Shown here: positions 1 to 13,799 of the stretch, piece after piece
Position numbering within the stretch: position 1 is the stretch's first letter
Layout: every line of letters starts with the position of its first letter
Assembly (NCBI RefSeq): GCF_018977255.1
Contig: NW_024704743.1
Coordinates: 61,134,001-61,198,000, forward strand
Direction: 5' to 3'
Source of the DNA: Callorhinchus milii
Lineage: Eukaryota
Length of the DNA: 64,000 nucleotides
Made by a program: the position numbers and the translations under genes
The notes under the pieces: model-generated
What the model was told of the DNA's origin: nothing
What the model saw: only the letters and a program-made list of their open reading frames with translations
Databases searched by the model: none

Positions 1-1871
1 CTGTCAAGCTGTTTCTCTTTTTTTTGTGTATTTGTTGCTGTCTCTCCAAATATTTGTGTAGGTGTGTGTGTTTCTCTAAACTTATAATTCTCTTAACTGT
101 AACTGTGCTTAGTTTCGTCTTGTATTGTCCTTGCGCTGCCAGTTGAGTCTGTCTCCATTATAACCACAATGCTGGATGCCTCATGTACATGCACACAAAT
201 GAAAACAAATCTTTTCGCTTCTACATTGGAGCTAATGAAGATTCTCAGACACGTGAATAATTAACGTATAGATATGCAAAACTGTACTCATTCACATTCA
301 GATTAGCTGGAATCACATGTGCTTAACAAAAAAAGATGCACATTGCAGTGGCTTTGAATGAGGATGTAATCCAGGTTGTGTTGTATAGAATGATTTTTTT
401 CTGAATTCTCAGACACTAGGATGATGCCAGACATGAATTATATTAATTTACAGTTACTGTATATTAATTTAATCCAGTATTTGGGAAGTGACAGTTGAAG
501 TCTCAGTTTTGCAGCTGTTTATTATGATGATATTTCTATCATCCTAAGCAGGTAATATGCACAAAAAAAACTTGCTGGCCAACACGCACCATCAAGCTGT
601 GTTGAGACACATAATTTATAAATGATGCAGACACAACTAAGTAATGCCACTTGCCCCATGAGCTTTATTTTCTATAATCTGTCATTCTAACAATGTGTAA
701 TTTATTTATAGCAATCTGGTGTCTTTAGTAGGTTCATCTGCACTGATCAGCAAATGTAGCAAATCTTTTGATGTCCTTATGATGGAAAGTTCCATTACAG
801 GAACACATTGAAAGATGTGAATGACTGGAGCAGAATAAGTCCCTTTTGGTTCTTCTTTCTAAGATAATATTGATAATGTTTCTACTATATTACATTCAGC
901 AGAGATAGGTGACTAGAAAGCTGTTACAGATGTTTATGTAGTCCACTGGAGGTCTATCTTATTGGAAGCACTACCTATGACTATCTAGGGGCACTTGAAT
1001 GCCACCTCGACTTAGAATGTAAGAAACTTTAAAGTTCACAATATATTGTGGAAAATTCTTAACTTCAATCTTATATTGGAGGCCAAGTTTCCTCAGTTCT
1101 TAAAAAGAACTGGTTTCTAATTTAAGACTGAATTGAAGATTTTTCCACAAGTCTGAGTAATCTTACATTTCAGGACAAAATGGTTTTACAGGCTAGAACA
1201 CCTGAGATTTCAGGTTTCAGTTCTCACTGTGAGACCAACTAGTGACTATTCTCCTTGGGGAGAAGGTAAGTAGAATCCACTTAGCGATGAGCTGGCTCCA
1301 AAGTGACCTGCTTTTTAATGGAATGTCACAATCGAGGCCACCTTGTGATGGTCTCAGTAATCTGGTTCCTCAGATAGGATGTTTGTGTACTGCAGGGCAC
1401 AGCTGATGACAGGACAGCCAGCCTGGCTCATCGGCAGCACTTGAAGGGGCAAACCAGTCACTGGAGGCAGGGATTTTTCCCACACAGGAGAGAGTGTTCA
1501 TTCCATTCCATTTGCTTAGATGACATAGAAATGTGAAACTCTGAATGATTTCAAATCACTGCAAAAAAAGTCCTAGCGTTCATACCCAGCAGCTCCATAA
1601 ATTGAACCAAATGAGGATAAAGTGAAGAAAGTGACTGTCAGAGTCATTTCCTATTCTCTGCTCCAGGTATTTGGGGAGTGAAGATCACAATCCAATTCAA
1701 TGGTGGTTTGCATTCTAACACTGGAAGTCCACGTATCCTAGAACGATTTGGACCACTGGTGGTTTCAAAAATCAAGTGACATTGAAAAGCAAATCATTTA
1801 TCGGGTGTTAGTTACCCATAAGGTATGGTGCGTTTTTACGTCTGTTAACTGGCATTAGCTCCATTCAGAAT

Positions 1872-4800
1872 TAGGAACATAGGAACATAGGAATTAGGAG
1901 CAGGAGTAGACCATTCAGCCCCTCGAGCCTGTCCCGCCATTCAATAAGATCGTGGCTGAATCTTCTAACCTAACTCCATCTGCCTGCCTTATCCCAATAT
2001 CCCTTAATCCCTCTGTCCTTTAGAAACCAATCAATCTCAGTCTTGAATATGTTCAAGGACTGAGCATCTACAGCCTTCTGGAACAGAGAATTCCATAAAT
2101 TCACTACCCTTTGAGTGAAGAAGTGTTTCCTCAACTCTGTTTGAAAGGGCTGTCCCTTAATCTTAAGACTGTGATCCCTAGTTCTAGATTCTCCAACCAG
2201 GGAAATAGTCTTGCACTGTCTACTCTGTCAAGCCCCATAAGAATCTTAATTGTTTCTATAAGATCACCCCTAATTCTTCTATATTCTAGAGAATATAGGC
2301 CTAGTTTCCTCAACCTATCCTCGTAGGTCAACCCCCTCATCCCAGGAACCAACTTCGTGAACCTACCCTGCACCCCCTTTGAGGCGAGTATGTCCTTTCT
2401 TAAATAAGGAGACCAAAACTGCACACCATATTCTAGGTGTGATCTCACCAAGGCTTATAAAATTGCAGCAAGACTTCCCTACTCTTGTATTCTAACCTTT
2501 TTGCAATAAACGCCAACATGCCATTAGCCTTCCTAGTTGCTTGCTGTACCTACGTACTAACTTTTTGTGACTGGTGTACAAGGACATCCAAATCCCTTTG
2601 AACACTAACACTATCTAGTCTCTCCCCCTCTAGAAAATAATCTGCTTTTTTGTTTTTACTACCTAGGTGAATAACTTCACACTTCCCCACATTATATTCC
2701 ATCTGCCACCTTCTTGTCCACTCACCTAGCCTAGCTATATCCCTTTGCACTCTTTTTGTGTCAGCCTCAGAGCTTACTCTCCCACCTAGCTTAGTATCAT
2801 CCACAAATTTAGATATTTGAAGTTCTATGTCCTCGTCTAGATCATTGATATAGATTGTAAATACTTGAGGCCCAAGCACTGATCCTTGTGGTACTCCACT
2901 AGTCACATCCTGCCAATCTGAGAAGGACCTGTTTATCCCTACTTTCTGTTTTATTCCAGTTAGCCACTGTTCGATCCATGCTAATATATTGCCTTTAATT
3001 CCATGTGCCCTAATCTTCTGTAGTAGGCTTTTATGTGGCACCTTGTCAGAAGCCTTCTGAAAATCTAAATATACTACATCTACTGGTTCCCCCCTATCTA
3101 ACGTGCTAGTTACATCCTTAAAAAACTCTAAAGGATTTGTTAAGCATGACTTCTCTTTTGTAAAGTCATGGTGACTGCCTAATCATGTTATGTTCTTCTA
3201 AGTATCCCACTAGTTTCCCTAGTACTAATTCTTTACTGATGTTAATTTCCCTAAGTTGTTCACTAACATTAGCTTCTTGGTTCCCCTCTATTTTTTGGTA
3301 AGTTTTCAGTGTCTTCTAATGTAAAAACAGAAGCAAAGTATTTGTTTAATGACTCTGCCATATCTTTATCCCCCATTATAATTCCTCTTGTCTCTGACTG
3401 TAGTGGACCCACATTCACTTTTGCTAGTCTCTTCCTCTTTATGCATTTGTAAAAACTCTTGCAGTCTGTCTTCATGTTCCTAGCTAGTTTGCCCTCATAA
3501 TCCATTTTCTCCCTCCTAATTAGTTTCTAAGTCTTTCTTTGTTGGTCTCTGAAGCCCTCCCAAACCTTTGGCTTTACTGCTCTTTTTGGTAGTATTATAG
3601 GTCTCTTCTTTTAATTTTATACTTTCCATAATTGCTCTAGTTAGCCATGGTTGAACCACTTTTCCTGTGGTATTTTTATTCCTCAAGGGAATATGTGATC
3701 GCTGGGAATTATGTATTATATCTTTAAAGGTTTGCCATTGCTGGTCTATTGTCATATCCTTTAATCTAATTCCCCAGTCTAGTTTAGCTAAATCCTCTCT
3801 CATACCTGCAAAGTTGGCTCTATTTAAATTTAAGACCCCTGCTTCGGACTTAACTACATCACTCTCTAACGTAATGCTGAATTCCATCATGTTATGGTCA
3901 CTCTGCTGTAGAGGAGCCTTAACTTCCAGATTGCTGATTAGTCCTATTTCATTATATAAAACAAGATCTAGGATACCCTGTTCCCTGGTTGGTTCCTCAG
4001 CATACTAATCTAGAAAACTATCTCTAATGCATTCTATAAACTCCTCTAACTTACTTTTGCCAATTTGGTTTTCCCAATCTATATGAAGATTAAAATCACC
4101 CACTATTAGTGTATTTCCTTTGCTACATGCTTCTCTAATTTTCTGGTTAATACTCTGCACAATACTGTGACTCCTGATCGGGGGTCTATAAACTACTCCC
4201 ACTAGTGTTTTCTGCCCCTTATTATTTCATAATTCCACCCATACTGACTCTACATCCTGATTTTCTGATTTAAAATCCTTCCTCTCTACTGTTTTTATCC
4301 CATCCTTTATTAGCAGGGCTAACTTCCCACTTCGTTTTCCACGTTGCCTATCTTTCCTTTATGCCAAATACCCCGGAATATTTAGCACCCACCCTTGATC
4401 CCCCTGTAACTACGTCTCACCCTGTCCTGTCTCTGACTAGTAACGTAATCTATACGTTCCCTGAGCCTCATGGGAGTGACTGGCTCCAGGATGAAACTAT
4501 CCAGGAAGCTCTCACTTCCCCTAATACTGTGCATTGTCTGCACCTCAGATTCCAGCTACTCTGAGCTGGAGCTTCCTCAGTTGCAGACACTTGCTGCAGA
4601 TGAAGTTGCCCGGGCTCAGGCTGCCCTCCATCAACTCCCACATACCGCAGTCCTCGGACATCACCTGCCATGCCATTCTCTCCTCTCTCTCTCTCACTCT
4701 GGATTTTAGGGATTTTTAAAACAAAAATGATGTTTTGTTAGTTTGTTTGTTAGCCATTCCATAGAGATGTCCACCTAGTTTTTGTTAGTTTTTCGTTAGT

Positions 4801-4914
4801 GTTTTTGTTAGTTCTACGTTTTCCCTGGTTAAATATGACGTCACTCTGATGTCACTTGTGATTTTTTTTACAGCTTCCCCGCTCCACCCTGTCGCAGCTC
4901 CGCCCTCCGACGCG
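1872..4914 (-). mobile_element. CR1-family LINE with both ends present but internally deleted and frameshifted
   Basis: 3' tail (TTCCTATG)n on the minus strand at about 1872-1890. RT fragments [11 protein letters not shown]...KFVDDTKLGG. Endonuclease fragments GVVYRPP and IVGDFN. ORF1-like N-terminal Cys motif (C.MWE...C.KC) at about 4470-4675. Putative 5' UTR to about 4914 containing TGACGTCA at 4836-4843. Confidence 0.88.
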
Positions 4915-5511
4915 TATATTTTATTGCGATATTGCTTTTATTACATATTTTTCATTTTCCATATTTCTGCCACTGGATTGACAATTTGCAGCTCTGGAAA
5001 AAAACTGATCATCTTCCTCCAGGGGAGGTAAGCAGGGTTTCTTTGGAGCTGAGCTTGTTCCAAGCTAACAAACGTGCAAACACACACACAGACACAAATA
5101 TACACACATATACTCACAGAAACACAGTGATCACAAGATTACAAGAGAGGTTTGGATGAAGAAAGCCCTTTGATCCATCTGACCTCATCCTTCTCAGATT
5201 GCCTCACATCACAGAATCAAGCTGTTTTATTAATATGTTCAGCGTCCTAGCCTCAACCACCCTCTCTGGTAAGCTGTTTCAATCATTAATTATCCGCTAA
5301 GTAAAGAAAACCTTCCTGGTATCAGGGACGTGATAACTGCATGTAGGTAGCTACTTTTTATTAGAGGTGCAGATAAGTTATCACATTACACTAAGGAATG
5401 CAAACATTATAACCACGCATGCAATAGAAACTGGAACCAGAAGTAAGTTTCATCGCAATACCTTATTTGAATTAATTTTCTTTGCTATAAAATATACATA
5501 CTGAAGCACTT

Positions 5512-6909
5512 TGTGTCCCAGCTCCGTTCCTTTCTTTCTCGCCAGTCCCTCTTTGAATCCCTCCAATCCGGCTTCCGTGCTGTCCTTAGCACGAAACAGC
5601 TCTGGTCAAAGTCACTAATGACATTCTGAACATCTGTGATCAGGGCTCCCTCTGCCTCCTTGTCCTCCTCGACCGCTCTGCCGCCTTCGACACTGTCGAC
5701 CACTCCATCCTCATACACCGCTTCTCCTCTTTACTTAATCTTCACGGACCTGCCCTTGCCTGGTTCGATTCCTATCTCTCTCACCACCTCCACTTTGTTG
5801 CCATCTAACGGACTATCCTCCAGCCCCCGTGCTGTCACGTCTGGGGTCCCCCAGGGCTCTGTCCTTGGCCCTCTCCTCTTTAATATCTACATGCTCCCCC
5901 TTGGTGACATCATCCGCAGACATGGGGTCAACTTCCATATGTATGCGGGTGACACCCAACTCTATCTTTCTGCCTCCACCCTCAACTCCAGGACCACTGC
6001 TGTCCTGACAGACTGTCTGTCGGACATCAAGTCCTGGATGAGGGCAAATTTCCTACAGTTGAATGTGAACAAGACTGAGGCCCTCCTGATTGGCTCGCGC
6101 CAGCGCCTCAGCACCTCAGGCTCTGGCAGCATCAACCTCCATGGTTGCACACTTCAACTCACCAGCCAGTCAGGGACCTGGTGTCTTGTTCGACCCTCAA
6201 ATGTCTTTTCTTCCTCACATCCAAGCCATGACCTGCTCTGCCTTCCCTCACATCCGTAACATCGCCCGACTGCGCCACTACCTCACCCCTCAGGCCGCTG
6301 AAACTCTTGTTCATGCCTTCATCACATCCAGGCTCGACTATGCAAACGCCCTGCTTGTCGGCCTTCCCAACTCCTCCATCCACAGGCTGCAGATAATCCA
6401 GAACTCTGCAGCCCGTGTCCTCTACTGCACCAAACTCCGTGACCCTATCTTCCCCACTCTCGCCCGACTCCATGGGCTTCCTATCCTTCAGAGGATTCAG
6501 CTCAAGATCCTGGTCCTCACCTACAAAGCCCTCCATGGCCTCGCCCCACCCTACCTCTGCGACCTCCTAACCCCCTACCAACTCGCCCGCACCCTCCGCT
6601 CAGCCGGCTCCGGCCTGCTCCACATCCCCCCCGCACCCGCCACACCATTGGAGGAAGAGCCTTCAGCCACTCTGCCCCCAACCTCTGGAACTCCATCCCC
6701 AAGTCACTCCGCCTCGCCCCCTCCTTAGCCTCCGTCAAGTCCCGCCTCAAGACCCTCCTCTTCGACCATGCCATCGGCCACCCCTCTTCCTCTCCCCTCC
6801 CTTCTCCCCCCTGACCCCAGCTCGGGTCTGAAATGCTGTACACTGTCCAGCATCTTGGGATGTCCTCCCGACGTGAAAGGCGCTATACAAATGTAATCTT
6901 GTTGTTGTT
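5512..6909 (+). mobile_element. L2-clade LINE, 5'-truncated
   Basis: RT motifs [39 protein letters not shown]. Tail GGGATGTCCTCCCGACGTGAAAGGCGCTATACAAATGTAATC(TTG)n. Confidence 0.92.
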
Positions 6910-7859
6910 ATAGGAGACATGGGCTAGTGGTTACTGTTGTCATGGTAGAGCCTCTGACAGTGAATTTCTGAAATTCACAGCACTAGCGTAAAGAATGAGA
7001 ACAATAATCTGCATGAATTCCTAACCTAACAGTGTTGGAGGAGACAGTCATATGACACAAAGGGTTATAAACTGTGAGATTCAAAAAGTGATCTGTAAAT
7101 ATTGAATCCCGCATGTGTTACGGCCAGATGCTCCAAAACTCTGGTTGGATACTGACTTCCTGGAAATCGGAACTGAGATTGATGTCTGAGTGAATTCCCT
7201 CTACAGTCTCGCTTAAAATCCTTCCACAGTCTTGTTGCACCCTATCTCTGTGACCTCTTTCACCCAAACCAACTCGACTGCTCCCTTTGCTCAGTGAACA
7301 TTGGCTTGATTTGTGTCTCCCTCCCTATCTTGCATTTTCAGTCATTCTGCACTGCTCTCTGGAATTCCTCTCTGGAGTCCTTCTGACTCGCTCCCTCCCC
7401 TCATTCAAGGCTGTTTTTAGGACAATACTGTGCACAAATGGGCTGCCATATTCGCCTATAAATACACACTAAACTTCACAGTAAAATCCTCTGAAGCACT
7501 TTGAGGCAGCCTCCTGATATGAAAGGCTCTATACCAAATGCAAGAACAATATATAAAGCCTGCCTCAAGGCATATCTCTTTGATCGCACTTAAAGCCATC
7601 TTTCCCCTTTCCCCTCGGCTCCCAACCCCAGCTCAGCTGCCCAGTCACTTTGAGAAATCATCCTAACATGAAAAGTGTGATATAGATGTGTATTGTTCTC
7701 CTAAAAACATTCCACTCTTTAATTATTCCTGACATAATTAAATGTAGACCTCGACCCACGGTTTAGAAATATCACACCTATAATGTGCCTATAATCTTTA
7801 TATTATGCTAATTTGTACATTTAATGCAAGCTCTCAAGACATAGTGCAATGTATGTAAT

Positions 7860-8192
7860 GATAATAACAATCTTTGATATAGCACCTTATCACGTCATTG
7901 AAACATCTCAAAGCCCTTCACAGGATTTTACTACAAAGTGTAATGACTGCATATTTGTAAGTGAACCCCAGAAGCCAATTTGTAGGCAGCAATGTTCCGC
8001 AAACAGCCATGACCATTGTTAATTAGGTGATTGTTGGCAAATGTAGTTCAGTTTAGCATCTCATCTGAAGGATGGCATCTATGATAATGCATTTGACTAT
8101 CAGCCTAAACGATGAGTTCAAAGTCCCATTCAGGGGTTTGAAATCACAAACGTCTGACTCAGGGACAAGAGCGGTACCAACTGAGCCAGGCT
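7860..8192 (-). mobile_element. Old Deu-type SINE, deleted
   Basis: Reverse-complement tail at 7860 and head CTGACTCAGGGACAAGAGCGGTACCAACTGAGCCA at about 8155-8190. Confidence 0.7.
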
Positions 8193-8511
8193 AACATGCA
8201 ACAAAGCACCTGTTGTTGAATTCCCCAGACCAAGAACAAACAAACAGTGAGGAATATTGATAACATTTTACTGCTGATGGCATTATTTTGATTACTTTGC
8301 CACTGTATTGTAGGGTTTTGTCTCCAAGTAAATGGTAAGTACAAATAATGCATGACCTTTCATCACAATACATGCCATTTATAGCAACAACATATGGTCT
8401 GTGGGAAGATTATAAACCCCATCAAGTTAAAGTTTTAGCTTGTAATTAGCATGAAACATTTGAATGTAAGTAAGCTGTAATCCTATGTAATTTTCATTCT
8501 TTCCTATACCT

Positions 8512-8839
8512 GGAGTGGAGTCCTGTAGCTCAGTGGTTAGAGCACTCGCTTTGCAAGCAAGAGACCTGAGTTCAATTCCAGGCAGGGCGAAACCTTGGGC
8601 AAGTTTCCTTACTCCACACTCCTAATAATAATCCCTCCAAAAACCAAAAACAATAATAAATTGGTCATCTTCAATCTACGACTGTTTGTGGAACATTGCT
8701 GTGCGCAATTGGCTGCCGCGTTCGCCCACAAATGTACAGTCAATTCACTTTACAGTGTTTTCTGTGAAGCGCTTTGGGATGTCCTCCCGACGTGAAAAGC
8801 GCTATATAAAAATGCAAGGATTATTATTATTATTATTAT
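8512..8839 (+). mobile_element. Young tRNA(Ala)-derived SINE, full length, with TSD
   Basis: A box TAGCTCAGTGG, anticodon-like arm CTCGC-TTTGCAA-GCAAG (TGC), B box GTTCAATTCC, L2-like tail plus (ATT)n. 7-bp TSD TATACCT at 8505-8511 and 8840-8846. Confidence 0.92.
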
Positions 8840-9519
8840 TATACCTACTACTGCCATAGTTTGGCCAACTGAACTAAATGGAATGAGCAAATTGACGGCA
8901 AAAGTGGCCACAGATTTACTATAGAATTACTGCGTTTTCGGTAATATTTTGGCACCCATCCCCATTTTCCAGATACCTGGAAAAATATGCTTATAGCCCT
9001 CAAACCCTTTCGCCAACAAAGTATTTATCCAATGTTTCAGGTGTTATTTCAGATGCTAAAATAAACCCTGTATCTGGGAGTTTTGTTACATACCCACTGC
9101 ATTGTGGGAAAAATGTTGTTTCTTATCTCTGATCTCACAGTAGGGTTGTAAATTATGTACCTATATCTCCTTATTCTATGCTCGCACAGTGAATAACATG
9201 TTGACACATGGTTTGTCTGTGCCACTTTGCATTTCAAATACATGACTCAATCATCACTTCTGAAGACAAAAGAGAAGGGTTCATTCTACAATACACAATG
9301 CCATGAAAGATTGATGTACTGTACAACCACACTCCATTCGTAAAGGTAAAACATACTCTGCTTACTACACTCTGCTTATTTTCACCTGTCATTTCCTAAA
9401 AAAAGAATATTTCTTATCAGGGCCTCAATAACGATCCTGTTAGCATTCCCATTGATTCTTCAATAACCCATTGTTTGCTCCAGATGGATGGAGATGGGGG
9501 AAGGGAGCAAGAAATAGGT

Positions 9520-9725
9520 TAGAGTTGTTGCAGTGGAGGGAAGCCTGGGAAGCATCTGAAGGTGAGGAGAGGATCTTAAAGTCGATCCAGTGGTAGTGAA
9601 CCAATGGAGCCAGGCAAGGATGGGGATGATGAACTTGTGGTGCCTGGTTTGAGAGAGGATAGGAGCTTCAATGTTCTGGATGATTTGGAGATTGTGGAGA
9701 GTGGAGCTGGGGAGCCCAACAAACA
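9520..9725 (-). mobile_element. Old L2 fragment
   Basis: GLPSSTLHNLQIIQN...PILAWLHWF in ORF 9460-9765. Confidence 0.7.
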
Positions 9726-9832
9726 GGATGCATTTAGTTACCAGAAGAAAATCCCATTTGCTCAACTCAGATTCCTTATTTCAGAGTTCTATTAGGAAAT
9801 GCCTCAAATTAGATTCTATTTCTAATCACTTA

Positions 9833-10145
9833 TCAATAATCCTTGCATTTTATACAATGCCTTATCATGTGGTCAAGATGTCTCAAAGCACTTCACAGGA
9901 TTTGCTGTGAAGTAGTTACTTTGTATTTGTAGGCATATGTGACAGATAATTTGCACACAGCATTGTGCTACAAACTGCCATGAAATGAATGACCAATTTT
10001 ATTTGGGGGTTGTTGACCGGATATCACAGAGAGTAACTTCCTTCTCCTTTTGAGTAGTGCCATGGGATCTTTAACGTCTGCCTGAACAGGCAAACAGAGC
10101 CTCGGTTTAACATTTCATCCGAAGCACAGCACCTACGACAATGCA
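9833..10145 (-). mobile_element. Old Deu-type SINE, head missing
   Basis: TAGTGCCATGGGATCTTTAACGTC...CCTCGGTTTAACATTTCATCCGAAG is the reverse complement of the Deu-like core. SINE tail at 9833. Confidence 0.72.
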
Positions 10146-11403
10146 ACATTGTAGAAATTCAGTGGTAATTTGAAGCCAGATGTTCATAAAAACTATGGAA
10201 AATTAGCTTCCAAACTAAGACTGAACTGAACAACTTTCCAGAATTTATATCTTGAATTTTAAGCTAAAATCGTCTCACCAGTTAAGGGCACTTAGAAATT
10301 ATGGCCCTTATGAGTTTAAGTCAGAGGTATTTAAACTTAATGCACCACTCCACTTAAGTGCTGTATCAATTAAGTTTTCATGAGCATTAAAAGTCCATTT
10401 TTGCTACACATAACACACATCTTTTCCAACAGAACAGCTACAGAGAAAGATTTCTCATAAATGTCCAATGCTGATTATTATTATTATGGGATTAGAGAAA
10501 TGAGTGAAGTACAGACCATTTATAAATTAGTCATTTTGTTGGAATTTTTCAAATAAAAACTTCAATGCTCTAGTATACTGTATTGCAGTTTTTAGATCAG
10601 ACTATAGGAGGTCTTGAAGGGTTAATAAACCATAATGTGTGTCCAGGCTAATGAGAACTGATATTCAGCTGCCCTCACCGACTCATGACGTGATCTTTGT
10701 TATCCTGCAGGGTCTTTAATCCTTTTTGGTTTTGCTATTCAAAACACAACTTATTCAAATTCTGAACACTGAGGACAGTATCGGTGATGTGGGGATGATG
10801 ATCGAAACACAAGGCTGCTATGTAAAGGTTCAGAACAAGTAAGAGCATGACTGAGCCTCATGGCAGCCTGCCTCCTTCACTGGGGTCAGCCTCAGGCTGC
10901 CACTCACCAGTTCTCATTCTATGGCTTCAGCCAACACTGCGGAGGAACACAAGAAAATGTGGGAAATGTTTCCTGCATGTAGAGTGATGCTCGTGTAATA
11001 GCGCAGAGTCTGAGACCCTGACTTTTATAATTCTTGTAACTTGCTGGAGTATGTTTCCTGTGTGTGGTGACGGGAACTGCAACAATTATTTTCCAATCAC
11101 TTAATTAACAGTTGCTGAGACAGGACCTGTACCTGAATACCAGACACCTTTTCTCACAATTCCCCCTCCTGGTTTTGCCAATTTAAGTCATGCCCAATTG
11201 GGAATACAATTGTTAAATAATAATAATAATATTATTGTTACAATTGTTAAAGAATTTCAGCTGTTCAGTATTTTTATGGATAAAGAAAAATACTGTGTAT
11301 TCTTGTGAAAAAGTTGTCAATTTGGGATAGCTACATTTAATAAAGGCGGAGAAGCCTCTTATACAGGCTTTACCTTCAAAGCCCCCACTTTGTAGTTGTC
11401 AAT

Positions 11404-11800
11404 GTATCAGTCTGGCTGAGTTGGTAGCATTCTCATTTCTGAGTCAGAAAGTTGTGGGTTGAAGCCTCATGTTGGTCTTTGAACTCACAGTCTAGGCTGA
11501 CACTCTATTACAGTTTTGGGGGTGTGCTACATTTTCAGAGGTGCCATCCTTCAGTTGAGGCATCAAACAAAGGTCCCATCTGCGTGCTTCAATGGATGTT
11601 AAAGATCCCATGGCACTATTCAAAAGAGGAGGTTCTCCTGGTGCCCTGGCCAATAATCACCCAGATAAATCACATCATGGCTATTTGTGGAACATTCCTA
11701 TGTGCAGATTGGCTACCAAATACATTTACAAACACACAATCAGTACATTTTGCAGTAAAATCCCATGAAGCACTTTAAGACTTCTGATGATTTGATAAGG
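11404..11800 (+). mobile_element. Old Deu-domain SINE (SacSINE1/AmnSINE1-like)
   Basis: tRNA-like head GGCTGAGTTGGTAGCATTCTC..CTGAGTCAGAA. Central GAGGTGCCATCCTTCAGTTGAG...TAAAGATCCCATGGCACTATTC...GGTGCCCTGGCCAA, recalled as the Deu domain. Confidence 0.75.
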
Positions 11801-11821
11801 TATGTCAGGTACGTCGATGGT

Positions 11822-12266
11822 GTGTCAGGCTGGGGCAGTGGTAGCACTCTCATCTCTGAGTCAGAAGGTTATGGATTCAAGCCCTACAGTGGAACTTGGA
11901 ACTCATGTAGTCTAAGCTGACACTCCAGTGCAGTGCTGGGGTTGTGCTGCCTTGTCAGAGGTGCTGAGACATTAAACCAAGTTCCCATCTACCTGTTCAC
12001 ATTGATGTTAATGATTCCATGGCATGATTCGAAAAGAGAAGGGAATTTCTTGCGATGTCCTGGCCAACAATCCCCAAAATGAAATTGATCATTCACTTTT
12101 GAGGGACATTGCTGTGCAAATTGGCTGTTGCATCTGCCCACAACATACAGTCACTCCACTTAGAGTACATCCTGTGGAGTGCTTTAGGACATGAAAAACA
12201 CTGTACCATATATAAGGGTTATTAATTATTATTAAGGTACTATATCAAATGCAAGGATTATTATTT
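11822..12266 (+). mobile_element. Old Deu-domain SINE, tandem neighbour of 11404-11800
   Basis: Same head and Deu-like core. Tail ATATCAAATGCAAGGATTATTA. Confidence 0.75.
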
Positions 12267-13368
12267 TATATTGTGCTCTAATTCTCCAAGACGCTATCCC
12301 GTGTGAAAGACACTTTGTAAATAATAATAATAATAAATGGTTGTTTATTGCAGTCCCTATTAAATATCTTAGTGCTTCACAGCTAATCGAAGGGAAACAA
12401 ACACACAGATGTGACCATTAATCTGGGAGATTGGTGACCAGGAGAAAGTCCCTTCCCTTTTCAAATTGTGTCAAGGGATCTTTGATGCCCACCTAAATAA
12501 AGCATCCGGCACCTTGGCAACTCCAGCAATGCAAGCCCCAGCACTACACTGAGCCTCGAATGTGTAAGCAAAGTCCAGATGTGGGGATTGAACCCAGAAC
12601 CTTGTGACCCAGAGCCAAGAGTGCTACATAGAATTTGTTTCAGGTTTTGGACTTGAACCTGATGAAATACAATAAGTACAGCTTGCTTTAGGGCTTACTG
12701 TTGAAATATACTGACCCACTCATATTTGCAACCCTTTCCTCTATATCCCTCATAACATTCTCCTTTATCTAAAGAGAAAGGAGGAAGACATTCTGCAAAC
12801 AAAATAAATGACAGACTACAGAGTCTGCTCCATCGCAACAGCTAGGTCTGAGATTAGAACCTGTGCCACTTAACTAACGGGGAGTGGCCCTGAATCACCT
12901 TTCAGTTATTAAATTCAATTTCTTTTTCCTAATTTTTTTAAAATTAACTTTTTGGAACTAGGAGAGGGGAGGTTTCAGTCACCCGAGGTTGATACGTCTT
13001 CAGATACTAATATTAATCTAAAACAATGGGCCTAAAATATACAAACTGAAAATGTTCCCACCAGTGTTAAGGTGTGTTATGATATAATAATAATCATTGC
13101 ATTTGATTAGTGCCTTATCATGTCATTGAGACATAACAAAGTGCTTCACAGAATATATTGTGAAGTGAACTGACTGTGTATTTTGTGGGCGAACCTATGA
13201 CAAGGTGTGTTCCCACTCCTAATACGTGTCTTGATTTTTGCTTTCTCTTGCTCTCATTACAATGAACACATTCACACTCACAAGTGTGTTCCACCAGAGC
13301 TGTTTGTACTCGACAAAATCTAAATCCTCAATTCAATGACTCACATTTTCACATGAAGCATGACTTAC

Positions 13369-13653
13369 AGTAAATGTTAGGTGTGACTGGTTCGCTCTCA
13401 TTTGCACTGATTGGGTTCCTGGCCACACAACTGTAATTGCTGAGATCCTCTTTCAGAACGGGTGAAATGAACAGTGTCTTGTTGTCTGAAGAAAAGGTGT
13501 GCCGAGAGCTGGGCCGTATAGGCTTCCCTGCCTTTAGCCACTGATAAACAATCTTAGTGCCGTTATCCACAGAACAGTTGAGAGTGGCATTATCCACGTT
13601 CTCCACGGCTCCCCACACTGGCTCACTCCATACCACGGGCTTAGAGACGGGAA
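13369..13653 (-). CDS. HEPACAM2: HEPACAM2 coding exon 3, C2-type Ig domain
   Basis: Acceptor TTTGCAG|, donor T|GTAAGT, 285 nt, phase 1-1. Peptide VPVSKPVV...GAVENVDNATLNCSVDNGTKIVYQWLKAGKP...KEDLSNYSCVARNPISANESEPVTPNIY has the Ig Cys-Trp-Cys pattern and is collinear with HEPACAM2. No further HEPACAM2 exon was found in 1-13368. Confidence 0.95.
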
Positions 13654-13799
13654 CTGCAAAATAGAGCATCTCACAGTCAATGTGTTAGACATATAGTACA
13701 GGTCAGTAATCCTCACTGTGTACCAGGTTAAATTAGTATACTCCCCCTGTGTACCGAGGGCGTCAGAACTCTATACTGTCACTGTGTACCCGGGGAGTC

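Noticed and set aside
4960..5033. Plus-strand donor GAG|GTAAGC (also AAG|GTAAGT near 1265), a possible antisense exon
   Set aside because: No recognisable coding content or supporting exon chain. Such motifs occur by chance.
8517..8590. tRNA-Ala(TGC)-like sequence, also at 34775, 39730 and 56410
   Set aside because: These are SINE heads followed by SINE body and tail. There is no intact acceptor stem or Pol III terminator at the tRNA 3' end.
1..13368. Expected HEPACAM2 exon 4 (third Ig domain starting YGP) and transmembrane exon
   Set aside because: No matching peptide or splice-bounded ORF found by eye. They probably lie left of the window.
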